Shown here: piece by piece, positions 39,042 to 48,068 of the stretch
Numbering within the stretch: position 1 is the stretch's first letter
How the letters are laid out: every line of letters begins with the position of its first letter
Program-made: the position numbers and the translations under genes
Source: an uncultured Verrucomicrobiae bacterium
Lineage (GTDB): Bacteria; Verrucomicrobiota; Verrucomicrobiia; Limisphaerales; Palsa-1400
DNA: 64,000 bases
NCBI GenBank assembly: GCA_963702845.1
Contig: OY969763.1
Span: forward strand, 1,024,001 to 1,088,000
Direction: 5' to 3'
Notes under the pieces: model-generated
What the model was told of the DNA's origin: nothing
The model's input: the letters and a program-made list of their open reading frames with translations, nothing else
Database searches by the model: none

Positions 39042-40590
39042 ATTCCTTATCATCATTTCCATTTTCGCCAGCACTCTGCTGTTGCGCGCCGACGATCAAC
39101 CAGCACCGGATAACCCGGCCGACGCACCGAAAGCAGACGCTGCAGCTGCCAAGCCGGACGCGAAGCCCGCGCCCGCCAAAACGGCCCCTGCGCGAAAACC
39201 AGCTCAACCACCGCAACTCACGGTGACGAGCGAAACTGATCGCGGTCTGCGCTTTAATTTCCGCGGCGTGCCGCTGGAAACGGTGCTGAACTACCTCAGC
39301 GATGCGGCCGGTTTCATCATTATTCCCGAGGCGGACCTGAAGGGAAAAGTCGACATCATCAGCACGCAGCCACTGAACAAGCAGGAAGCCGTCGATTTGC
39401 TCAACACCATTGTGAGTAAGAACGGTCTCGCCGCCATTCGGAATGGTCGCACACTGACCATCATCACGACCGATGAAGCGAAGAAGCGCGACATCCCTGT
39501 CATGAGCGGGTCCGAGCCTGACGACATTCCCAAGACCGACAATATCGTGACGCAGATTTTGCCGATGCACACGCTCAACGCGACGCAGTTAGCGAAAGAC
39601 CTTGGTTCGGTCGTCCCCTCATCGGCAACGCTCACTGCCAATGAAGCCGGCAACGCCCTCGTCATGACCGGCACACAAACGCAGATTCATCGTGTTGCGG
39701 AAATCATCAAGGCTCTGGATTCATCCAGTATTTCGTCAGTGCGCGTTTTCTCCCTGCGCTATGCCGATTCCAAAACGCTGGCCACCGTTATTAAAGATGT
39801 TTTCAGTTCTCCTGCTGAATCTTCCCGCGACGCCGTGCGTTCCTATTTCCGTATGCGTTTTGGAGGCGGAGGAGAGGAAGGCGGAGACAGCGGCAGGGGT
39901 TCGCGCGAATCAAGTTCAAGCGGGCGTGGCAGCAGCGGCGGCGGGAGCAAGGTCACTGCTGTCGCTGACGACTACAGTAATTCTGTTATCGTCAGCGCCC
40001 CGGAAGATCTAATGAGCACGATCGAAAAAGTCGTGAAGGAAGTGGATCAACCAGTCGAAGACGTCAGCAGCGTGCGCGTGTTCCGTTTGAAATTTGCCGA
40101 TGCCGGCGAAATGGCGGATCTGCTGAACAGCCTGTTTGGCGATGAAAGCAAAACCGACGAAAATAATCGCCCACGGTTTTCGTTCTTTACTCCTCCACAA
40201 TCAAGTTCGTCGTCCACTGCGAACGAAAGTTCGCGTGCGAAAAAGCAAGCTCGCGTTAGTGCCGTTGCAGATCGTCGCACCGGCTCAGTCGTTGTCACTG
40301 CCTCTAAACCAATGCTCGAGCAGATCGCGGAAATGATTAAAAACCTCGATGCAGACCCCGCGCGAAAGCAACAGGTCTACGTCTATTCGTTGGAAAACGC
40401 CGACGTCCAACAGGTCGAAGGTGTGTTGCATGACCTATTCCAAACCACCACGACTGCCAGCCAGCGCAGCACGCAACAACAAAACAGCGATGCTTTGACC
40501 CAACGTCAAACCAGCGCCGCTCAACAAACCACCACCGGATCGACCTTTAGCATCGGCACCGGCAACAACAGCGCTTTGCGCGGCCAATAA
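39028..40590 (+). CDS. gspD: Secretin N-domain protein (N0 + three N repeats + half of a fourth); no secretin barrel
   Basis: Signal peptide; FNFRGVPLETVL (N0); repeats VFxLxxADA...ADxxxNS; ends in a Q/T/S-rich tail. Confidence 0.88.
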   Translation: MNPNKFLIIISIFASTLLLRADDQPAPDNPADAPKADAAAAKPDAKPAPAKTAPARKPAQPPQLTVTSETDRGLRFNFRGVPLETVLNYLSDAAGFIIIPEADLKGKVDIISTQPLNKQEAVDLLNTIVSKNGLAAIRNGRTLTIITTDEAKKRDIPVMSGSEPDDIPKTDNIVTQILPMHTLNATQLAKDLGSVVPSSATLTANEAGNALVMTGTQTQIHRVAEIIKALDSSSISSVRVFSLRYADSKTLATVIKDVFSSPAESSRDAVRSYFRMRFGGGGEEGGDSGRGSRESSSSGRGSSGGGSKVTAVADDYSNSVIVSAPEDLMSTIEKVVKEVDQPVEDVSSVRVFRLKFADAGEMADLLNSLFGDESKTDENNRPRFSFFTPPQSSSSSTANESSRAKKQARVSAVADRRTGSVVVTASKPMLEQIAEMIKNLDADPARKQQVYVYSLENADVQQVEGVLHDLFQTTTTASQRSTQQQNSDALTQRQTSAAQQTTTGSTFSIGTGNNSALRGQ

Positions 40591-40607
40591 TTAGAAAGAA
40601 AACCAAT

Positions 40608-41921
40608 ATGACCCCAAAACTGACCTTTCGTTTCTGGTTCATCCTGGCCGTGTGTTGCGCGACTGCCCCCGCCTTGTTCGCGCAACGTTCCAGCGGTTCC
40701 TCCGGTTCTTCCGGCTCCTCTGGTTACGGCGGATTCCGCGGTGGATCTTCCGGAAGTTCGTCAAGTTCCGGCTCCGGCGGTAGAACTACCACCGGCACGC
40801 GCGATTATCCGAACAGCACGATGATTGGCGACGCGCTGATCACCAGTGACCCGGAAACACGACGTCTCATCGTCATCACCGACGAACAAACGCACGAACA
40901 CATCAGCCAAGTCATTTCGAATCTCGACCGCCCCAAGCCGCAGGTGTTGATCAAAGTCGTGTTCGCCGAAGTCACCTATAATAACCAGCTCGATATCGGC
41001 CTTGAAGGAGGCTTTATCCACAACACCGGCTCGTTTTTGGGCGCGGTGACCAACTTCAATATTTTGAGTAATGGCACGCAAGTCCCGATTGTGTCGCAGC
41101 AGCCGGTCAACTCGGTTTTGGGCGGTTCGACGAGTTTTGGTTTGGCGCAATCGACCGGCATTCCCGGCGGCGCTTTTGCCACACTCACAGGACAGGATTA
41201 CATCGTCACGCTCAAAGCGGCTGCTCAACATGGTAAAGTGGAAATCCTTTCCCGGCCCTCGATTCTCGCGCGCAACAATCAAAAGGCGAGTATCGTCGTC
41301 GGCCAGGAAGTGCCACTGATTACTGGTGTGAATTACGACAGCTTCGGCAATCAGCGAAACGCCATCACCTACCAAAACGTTGGTATCATTTTGGACGTCA
41401 CGCCGTTCATCACGCCAGATGGCATGGTCGAAATGATTCTCAAACCGCAAATTTCATCGGTTGATCCCAATTCAACTGTTCAGATTGCCGGGGCGACGAC
41501 TAACAGCGGGGCCATCAATGCGCCTGTGATCGATATCCGCGCCGCGGACACTGTCGTCGTAACGCCCGACGGCAACACGGTTGTTATCGGTGGTCTCATG
41601 CAGAATAACAGGGCCAGCACGATTACGAAGGTTCCGCTGCTGGGCGACATCCCCGTCCTGGGAGCGCTGTTCAAACATAAAGTGACGTCAGATACCAAAA
41701 CAGAGTTGCTTATATTCCTGACCCCATATGTCGTGCAGACGCCGCACCAACTCGCGTTGATGTCCACGAGTGAAACGAGCCGCTTGCAACTTGCTCCGGA
41801 AGCGTTTAGTGAAAAGGAACTCAACCAATTCCTGGACAACGTTCAGCTCCATAGGAAGAAGGACGCCAAGGGAGCCCGACCGACCGGGTCGAATTCGAAC
41901 TCCCCTAAGAATCAGGATTAA
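40608..41921 (+). CDS. gspD: Secretin barrel protein (half N domain + secretin core) with its own signal peptide
   Basis: MTPKLTFRFWFILAVCCATAPALFA; DPETRRLIV; PQVLIKVVFAEV; ILSRPSI; KVPLLGDIPVLGALFK; ELLIFLTP. Confidence 0.92.
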   Translation: MTPKLTFRFWFILAVCCATAPALFAQRSSGSSGSSGSSGYGGFRGGSSGSSSSSGSGGRTTTGTRDYPNSTMIGDALITSDPETRRLIVITDEQTHEHISQVISNLDRPKPQVLIKVVFAEVTYNNQLDIGLEGGFIHNTGSFLGAVTNFNILSNGTQVPIVSQQPVNSVLGGSTSFGLAQSTGIPGGAFATLTGQDYIVTLKAAAQHGKVEILSRPSILARNNQKASIVVGQEVPLITGVNYDSFGNQRNAITYQNVGIILDVTPFITPDGMVEMILKPQISSVDPNSTVQIAGATTNSGAINAPVIDIRAADTVVVTPDGNTVVIGGLMQNNRASTITKVPLLGDIPVLGALFKHKVTSDTKTELLIFLTPYVVQTPHQLALMSTSETSRLQLAPEAFSEKELNQFLDNVQLHRKKDAKGARPTGSNSNSPKNQD

Positions 41922-41935
41922 CGTATTAGTAAGCA

Positions 41936-43417
41936 ATGATCACTCGTCGCAATTGGCTCGTTTACGGAGTGCTCATTGCTGTCTGGATCATGCTCGTTGC
42001 GTGGCAGGTTGCCGAGCACATGCGCGTGCAACGGAATGCCCATCGTGCGTTGATTCATCGTGCCGAGGATATTTCCGATACTCTCGGTGTCGTCATGCGC
42101 TCGCAACGTCGTTTCGGCATCATCACTAAAGAACAATTGGAATCGGCGATGAAGGCTTTGGTCAAGCCCGGCGAAATCGATGCCATCGCGTTGCTCAACG
42201 CCTCCGGCGACGTCGTTGCTGCCGCTGGTGAAACAGTGGATGTCCAGAGCAAGGGTCTCACCTCGAGTGGCGAATACTGGGACAATCAAAATCTCGTCGT
42301 CATGAACCTGGTCGATCTCGGCACGAACATGACGCACGATCTCGAGTCCACGAACGTCACGCTTGTTCTGCCTCAAACCGAGCGCAGCCAATTGTTCAGT
42401 CGCACCAATCGACCACCATCACCGGAGGCCACAAATGAAGCGGGCCTTCCCACAACAAATCGTTTCGGTACTCGCGGCTCGCGCTGGACAAATGGTTTCC
42501 CCACATATTTTCGGAAACCCCCATGGATGAAAGATCCCGACTACAAAGCGCTGATCGAAAAACAAGGCGTGCATAGCTTTGCGTTGGTATTGTCGACACA
42601 AGCGATCACTGCCGCGGCCAACGACGATCTGTGGATGCGGCTGATGATCGTTGTTCTCGCTACGCTTGCAGCGGGCGGTGGTTTCATGGCCTGGCGCAAC
42701 GTCGCAAAAACTTCTGAACTTCAAATCCGTCTTGTCCGCGCGAGTGAGTTGAATTCGCACCTCAAGGAAATGAACCTCGCTGCCGCCGGCCTCGCGCATG
42801 AAACTCGAAATCCGCTCAATATCATTCGCGGACTCGCCCAGTTGATTTGCAAACAGGAAGATGTCTCACCGGAGGTTGCCCGGAAAACCCGCGACATCAT
42901 CAACGAAGCTGATCGGTTGACCGGGCAGCTCAATGAATTCATCAATTACTCACGCCCTCGTGAGGTGCGCCGAACCGCTGTTGACGTGCAATTCGTTGCT
43001 TCCGAAGTCGTGCGCGCGCTCAACTACGACATCGAAGAAAAGAAGATCATGCTGCAAGTTCCATCTGAGCCGTTGAAAATCCAGGCCGACGAACAACTCC
43101 TGCGCCAGGCTTTATTTAACCTGGTGCTGAACGCTATTCAGGCAGCCGATATCGGCGGAACGATTGATTTACGTTGTGGCAAGACTTCGCCGACCGATGC
43201 TTTCATCGAGATCCGCGATAACGGCCATGGCGTTGCCCCCGAAAATCGAGATGAAATTTTCAAACCATATTTTACCACGAACGAAAAAGGCACTGGCCTT
43301 GGCCTCGCCGTAGTTCAACAAATTGTCCTCGCGCACGGCTGGGAAATTGTCTGTCTGCCGAACGAACCAAAAGGCGCGATTTTGCGCATCGACCATGTTA
43401 AACTAGCTGCTGCATAA
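41936..43417 (+). CDS. Sensor histidine kinase (NtrB/ZraS-like)
   Basis: Two TMs, AHETRNPL, NLVLNA, DNGHG, FKPYFTT, GTGLGL. Confidence 0.94.
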   Translation: MITRRNWLVYGVLIAVWIMLVAWQVAEHMRVQRNAHRALIHRAEDISDTLGVVMRSQRRFGIITKEQLESAMKALVKPGEIDAIALLNASGDVVAAAGETVDVQSKGLTSSGEYWDNQNLVVMNLVDLGTNMTHDLESTNVTLVLPQTERSQLFSRTNRPPSPEATNEAGLPTTNRFGTRGSRWTNGFPTYFRKPPWMKDPDYKALIEKQGVHSFALVLSTQAITAAANDDLWMRLMIVVLATLAAGGGFMAWRNVAKTSELQIRLVRASELNSHLKEMNLAAAGLAHETRNPLNIIRGLAQLICKQEDVSPEVARKTRDIINEADRLTGQLNEFINYSRPREVRRTAVDVQFVASEVVRALNYDIEEKKIMLQVPSEPLKIQADEQLLRQALFNLVLNAIQAADIGGTIDLRCGKTSPTDAFIEIRDNGHGVAPENRDEIFKPYFTTNEKGTGLGLAVVQQIVLAHGWEIVCLPNEPKGAILRIDHVKLAAA

Positions 43418-43425
43418 TTGTATTT

Positions 43426-43451
43426 GGTAGGGCGTCACTCCGCGCGCGCCG
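43426..43451 (+). repeat. GGTAG-type REP
   Basis: See 26101-26128. Confidence 0.7.
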
Positions 43452-43479
43452 TTAGTCTGAGAGGACTGAAATAAAACAA

Positions 43480-44853
43480 TTGAATCAATCGAGTCCAAAT
43501 ATTGAATCTGCCAAACCTCGTGTCCTCATCGTCGATGATGATGCCAGCCAACGCAGCTTGCTTGATTCATTTTTAGGCGGGCAGGGTTTCGATACGATCG
43601 CGGTTGAATCTGGCGAGCGTGCCCTCGATGTCCTGCGCAAAGGTGGGGTGGACATGATGGTTTCCGACGTGCGCATGCCCGGTATATCCGGTCTCGAGAC
43701 GCTGCGCCTTGCTCGTCAGGAACACGCGCGCTTACCCGTTCTACTCGTCACAGCTTTTGCCGATATTCGTCAGGCGGTCGACGCCATGCGCGATGGCGCC
43801 GTCGATTATTTGGGCAAACCCATTGATCTCGACGAACTCCTCGCGTCAGTCCGGCACGCGACTGGTCTGGCGGAAAACGCGCCGCGCACTTTTAACGACT
43901 CACGAGAACTCCCGGCACAAGTCGTCGCGCAGAGTCCGCTCATGCAAGCGGTTTTTCGCGACATCTCGCTCGTCGCACCTTCCGAGAGCCGTGTTTTGAT
44001 TACTGGCGAAAGTGGCGTCGGCAAGGAAGTTATCGCCGACGTCATTCATCTTTGGAGCAAACGCGCCGATGGTCCGCTCGTTAAAGTAAACTGCGCCGCC
44101 ATTCCCGAAACGCTTTTGGAAAGTGAATTGTTTGGTCACGAAAAAGGCGCGTTTACCGGCGCGACCGCCCAGCGCATCGGCCGTTTCGAACAGGCCAACA
44201 ACGGGACGATCATGCTCGATGAAATAGCGGAAATGTCGCCGGGTTTGCAGGCCAAGCTTTTGCGCGTCACTCAAAACGGGTCATTTCAACGCATCGGTTC
44301 CAACACCGAAATTCGTTCCAATGCCCGAATTCTCGCTGCCAGCAATCGTAACCTCGAAGAAGAAGTTAAAAAGAACCGCTTCCGCGAAGATCTCTTTTAT
44401 CGCCTGAACGTCGTCGAGATGAACATCCCGCCATTGCGTGAACGTCCTGAGGACATCCTCGCATTGGCTCAAAAATTTCTCGACGAGCTAACCCAGGGAC
44501 GCGCGCGCTTGTCCGCTGCCGTAGGTGAACTGCTGCAAAACTATTCCTGGCCGGGCAACGTCCGTGAAGTGCGCAATGCCATGGAACGCGCTGCGTTATT
44601 ATCGCGGGGCGAAATGATTTTGCCCGAGCATTTGCCGATCCGCGTTCGAACCTCTTCGGAGCCCGCGCCTGCTCCGGTTATCGACGAACAAAAACTCGGC
44701 GATATTGAGCGTAGCGCGTTGCTGCTGGCGTTGAAGAAGCACGATTACAACCGCACCGAAACTGCCAAAGCCCTCGGTATCAGCCGGCGCGCGCTCATCT
44801 ACAAGCTCCAGCGCTTGCGCGAATTGGGCTATCAGATAGACTCTCCAGCGTGA
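43480..44853 (+). CDS. Sigma-54-dependent response regulator (NtrC/ZraR-like)
   Basis: REC domain, GESGVGKE, GAFTGA, WPGNVRE, Fis-type HTH. Confidence 0.96.
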   Translation: MNQSSPNIESAKPRVLIVDDDASQRSLLDSFLGGQGFDTIAVESGERALDVLRKGGVDMMVSDVRMPGISGLETLRLARQEHARLPVLLVTAFADIRQAVDAMRDGAVDYLGKPIDLDELLASVRHATGLAENAPRTFNDSRELPAQVVAQSPLMQAVFRDISLVAPSESRVLITGESGVGKEVIADVIHLWSKRADGPLVKVNCAAIPETLLESELFGHEKGAFTGATAQRIGRFEQANNGTIMLDEIAEMSPGLQAKLLRVTQNGSFQRIGSNTEIRSNARILAASNRNLEEEVKKNRFREDLFYRLNVVEMNIPPLRERPEDILALAQKFLDELTQGRARLSAAVGELLQNYSWPGNVREVRNAMERAALLSRGEMILPEHLPIRVRTSSEPAPAPVIDEQKLGDIERSALLLALKKHDYNRTETAKALGISRRALIYKLQRLRELGYQIDSPA

Positions 44854-47663
44854 CCTCGCTTCAGCGGACCGCACTTAAGAATGTAAAATGCGAACTAGCG
44901 TCAGATGACCTGACGCGAACACTTTACGCTTCCGACGCCTCACTCCACCAAATTATGCCAAGCGCCGTCGCCTTCCCGCGAACGGCGCAAGAGGCGTCAG
45001 CTGCTGTCAAAGCCGCGGTTGATTCCGGCCTCTCGATTACACCGCGCGGCGCGGGAACCGGGCTCGTTGGTGGTGCGATTGGTGACGGACTCATTATCGA
45101 TTTCGGCAAATACAATCGCCAGATCTCAAACATCGATCTCGAGCGCGGCACGGTCCGCGTCGGCACTGGCGTTGTCCTTGATCAACTCAATGCCGCGCTA
45201 AAGCCGCACGGGTTTTGTTTTGGCCCGGACGTCGCCACGAGCGCGCGCGCGACAATCGGTGGGATGATCGCGAACAATTCCTCTGGTTCGCATTGTCCGT
45301 ATTACGGCTGCACCGCCGACCATGTGCGTTCAGTAGAAGTCGTGCTGGCCGACGGCAGCATCGAAACGCTCGGTATCAACGGCACTGATTCGCAGCGCAA
45401 CTACCAACTCAAAAAAATGGTGTTCGCGCGCAAGCCGGAGATTGAAGCGAACATGCCCGGCGATCTCCTCAAGCGCTGGCCGGGTTACAGCGTCGAACGC
45501 TTTCTGCGCGACCCGGCGCAATACAATCATTTGCTCGCCGGCAGCGAAGGCACGCTCGCGGCGATGGTTTCTGCCGAGCTGAAAATCGTTCCCATTCCCA
45601 AACGCAAAACTCTTGGCGTCGTGTTCTACGCGACGGTCGAAGAAGCAATGCAAGGCACAGTCGATCTGCTCGACCTCAAACCAGCGGCGATCGAACACGT
45701 CGACGACGTCCTCGCCGATCAAACCAAAGGCCAACTTGCTTTCAAAGCCGCGCGCGATTTACTCGAGCTTGACACCAAACCTTGCAAAGCGATGTTGTTC
45801 GTCGATTTCTTTGATGAGACCGGTGAGCAACTCGCCGAGTTCTCAAAGCGGAAACTTGGTTTACGCACATTGTCGGTCAGCGATCCTGCAACGATGGCTC
45901 TCGCCTGGAACATGCGCAAAGCCGGACTCTCGCTCGTTACCGGCTGCAAAGGCGCTTCGAAACCAGTCACGACAATCGAAGACGCCGCCGTTCGGCCACA
46001 ACAACTCCCTGCATATTACAAGGCCGTTCGAAGCATCCTCGAAAGCAAAAACCTTCACGCCTGCTATTACGGTCACGCTGCTTCGGGACTGTTGCACATT
46101 CGGCCTGTGCTCGATCTGCGCCAACCGGATGACCTGAAAAAATTTCGTGAAGTCTCGGACGAAGTCGCCGCCGTCGTGAAGCAGTTCAAAGGCTCGTTCT
46201 GCTCCGAACACGGCGTCGGCATGGCTCGCACCGAATACATGCCGATGCTCATGGGCAATGAGCTGATGCAGTTGTTCGCCGATATCAAAAATGTTTTCGA
46301 TCCGAAGAACGTTTTCAATCCCGGCAAGATCATCCCGAACGGTCGCTTCAAAATCGACAAAGACCTCCGCGCCCAAATCGACATCACCTTGCCGTTCGAG
46401 CCCGTCCTCGCTTTCGCGGCGAAAGACGAAGGCTTCATCGGCAACCTTGAACAATGCAACGGCTGCGGTGGTTGCCGCAAAGCGCCACCGACGATGTGTC
46501 CGACTTATGTCGCCACTGGCGAAGAAATCATGTCCACACGCGGCCGCGCCAACACCATTCGCGCCGCCGTCAGCCAACGCGGTAATCCCGAAGCGCTCAT
46601 ATCCGAAGAACTCGACGCCGCCCTCGCCAATTGTCTGGCCTGCAAAGCGTGCACGACCGAGTGCCCGTCGAACGTGAACCTGGCGCTGCTCAAAGCCGAA
46701 TTGCTCCACGCGCGCCACGAGAAATTCGGCATGACCTTGCGCGAACGCATTTTCAGCGCCGCCGATCGTCTCGGTCAGATGGGTTGCATCACGCCCGGCA
46801 TTGCCAATGCGATGCTTAAGTCGAAGCCGTTGCGCAAAGCGATGGAGAAATTCCTCGGCGTCGCCGCAAACCGTCCTTTGCCCGAATACACCAGCGAACG
46901 ATTCGACAAATGGTTCAATTCACGCGCAAAGAAAAACGGCAAGAACGGCAAACGTGGTCGCATCATTTTGTGGGACGATACCTTTGTGCGTTATCACGAG
47001 CCGCACATCGGCAAAGCTGCCGTCCAGGTTTTGGAAGCCGCTGGTTTCGAAGTCGCGCTCGTGGAAAATCGCCAATGCTGCGGACGTCCATCGTTTAGCC
47101 AGGGGGACCTGCATCGCGCCTCGGCGCTCGGTAAGCACAATCTCGAGATTCTCGCCGACGGCACCGAGCCGATCCTTTTCCTCGAACCGTCCTGCTACTC
47201 GATGTTCGCGGAGGACTACATCGAACTGAAACTGCCGCACGCCAGGAAAGTCAAAGCGCGTTGTTTCATTTTCGAGCATTTCATCGATCAATTGCTCACG
47301 CGCGAACCCGACGCGATCAAATTTAAAGCCACCTCGAACCCAATCGCGATCCACGCGCATTGCCACGCCAAATCGCTGCTCAATCCAGCGTTCATGAAGA
47401 AGCTGGCCGAACGCGTGCCGCAAGCCAAAGCAACATTGCTGGAGACCGGTTGCTGCGGTATGGCCGGTGGTTTCGGCGCGACTGCTTCGAAATATGAATT
47501 GTCGGTGAAAGTTGCCGAGCCGCTCATTGCGAAGCTCGCCGCTCAGCCGCAAGGCGCGACCGTCATTGCTTCCGGCACCAGTTGCCGGCATCAGATCGAT
47601 CACTTCAGCAGCCATAGTCATCCGCTGCATTTCGCCGAATATCTGGCAGCTCAACTCGCCTGA
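44850..47663 (+). CDS. FAD-binding and Fe-S oxidoreductase (GlcD-GlcF fusion, YdiJ-like 2-hydroxyacid dehydrogenase)
   Basis: RGAGTG, GSEGTL, EHGVG, CNGCGGC, CLACKAC, two CCG motifs. Confidence 0.93.
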   Translation: MTSLQRTALKNVKCELASDDLTRTLYASDASLHQIMPSAVAFPRTAQEASAAVKAAVDSGLSITPRGAGTGLVGGAIGDGLIIDFGKYNRQISNIDLERGTVRVGTGVVLDQLNAALKPHGFCFGPDVATSARATIGGMIANNSSGSHCPYYGCTADHVRSVEVVLADGSIETLGINGTDSQRNYQLKKMVFARKPEIEANMPGDLLKRWPGYSVERFLRDPAQYNHLLAGSEGTLAAMVSAELKIVPIPKRKTLGVVFYATVEEAMQGTVDLLDLKPAAIEHVDDVLADQTKGQLAFKAARDLLELDTKPCKAMLFVDFFDETGEQLAEFSKRKLGLRTLSVSDPATMALAWNMRKAGLSLVTGCKGASKPVTTIEDAAVRPQQLPAYYKAVRSILESKNLHACYYGHAASGLLHIRPVLDLRQPDDLKKFREVSDEVAAVVKQFKGSFCSEHGVGMARTEYMPMLMGNELMQLFADIKNVFDPKNVFNPGKIIPNGRFKIDKDLRAQIDITLPFEPVLAFAAKDEGFIGNLEQCNGCGGCRKAPPTMCPTYVATGEEIMSTRGRANTIRAAVSQRGNPEALISEELDAALANCLACKACTTECPSNVNLALLKAELLHARHEKFGMTLRERIFSAADRLGQMGCITPGIANAMLKSKPLRKAMEKFLGVAANRPLPEYTSERFDKWFNSRAKKNGKNGKRGRIILWDDTFVRYHEPHIGKAAVQVLEAAGFEVALVENRQCCGRPSFSQGDLHRASALGKHNLEILADGTEPILFLEPSCYSMFAEDYIELKLPHARKVKARCFIFEHFIDQLLTREPDAIKFKATSNPIAIHAHCHAKSLLNPAFMKKLAERVPQAKATLLETGCCGMAGGFGATASKYELSVKVAEPLIAKLAAQPQGATVIASGTSCRHQIDHFSSHSHPLHFAEYLAAQLA

Positions 47664-47673
47664 GTCATCGGCC

Positions 47674-47930
47674 CCAACACACCGGTTCTTGTCACCAACG
47701 CTTCCGGCGTTGAGGCCAACGCGCTCATTGTTGGGTCCAACATTCCATCCGTTGAGGCCAACGGCGATCGCGTTGGGTGCAACGATGCATGCGTTGGCTT
47801 CAACGCCCCTTCTGTTGGGCCCAACCGCAACGGCGTTGGCGCCCACGGTGGCTCCGTTAGGCCCAACGACGGCTCCGTTGGCCCCGACGGCGGTACCGGT
47901 GGTCCCAACGGTCGCAGTGTTGGTTGCAGC
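47674..47930. repeat. Array of 12 x 21-bp units: CCAAC-N9-GTTGG-NN
   Basis: Exact 21-bp period from 47674 to 47926; conserved palindromic junction GTTGG-NN-CCAAC, variable 9-mers. Confidence 0.92.
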
Positions 47931-48068
47931 AAAAATGGCGCAACTCCCTTAATTGCAAGTTGTTAAAAACGTATTAAAAGCATTTACGTCGTTCTGCATT
48001 TGACGCCGCCCCTCTTTTCAAGACACTATCTGCGCCAGTGACCTGGCGTTTACCACTTAAAGGGAAGC

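Noticed and set aside
40560..40700. Split secretin as a sequencing frameshift
   Set aside because: The second gene has its own complete signal peptide after an A-rich spacer, and neighbouring genes show no indel errors.
47674..47930. Canonical CRISPR array
   Set aside because: Repeat (12 nt, degenerate) and spacers (9 nt) are far too short and no cas genes are in the window; kept as an unexplained array.
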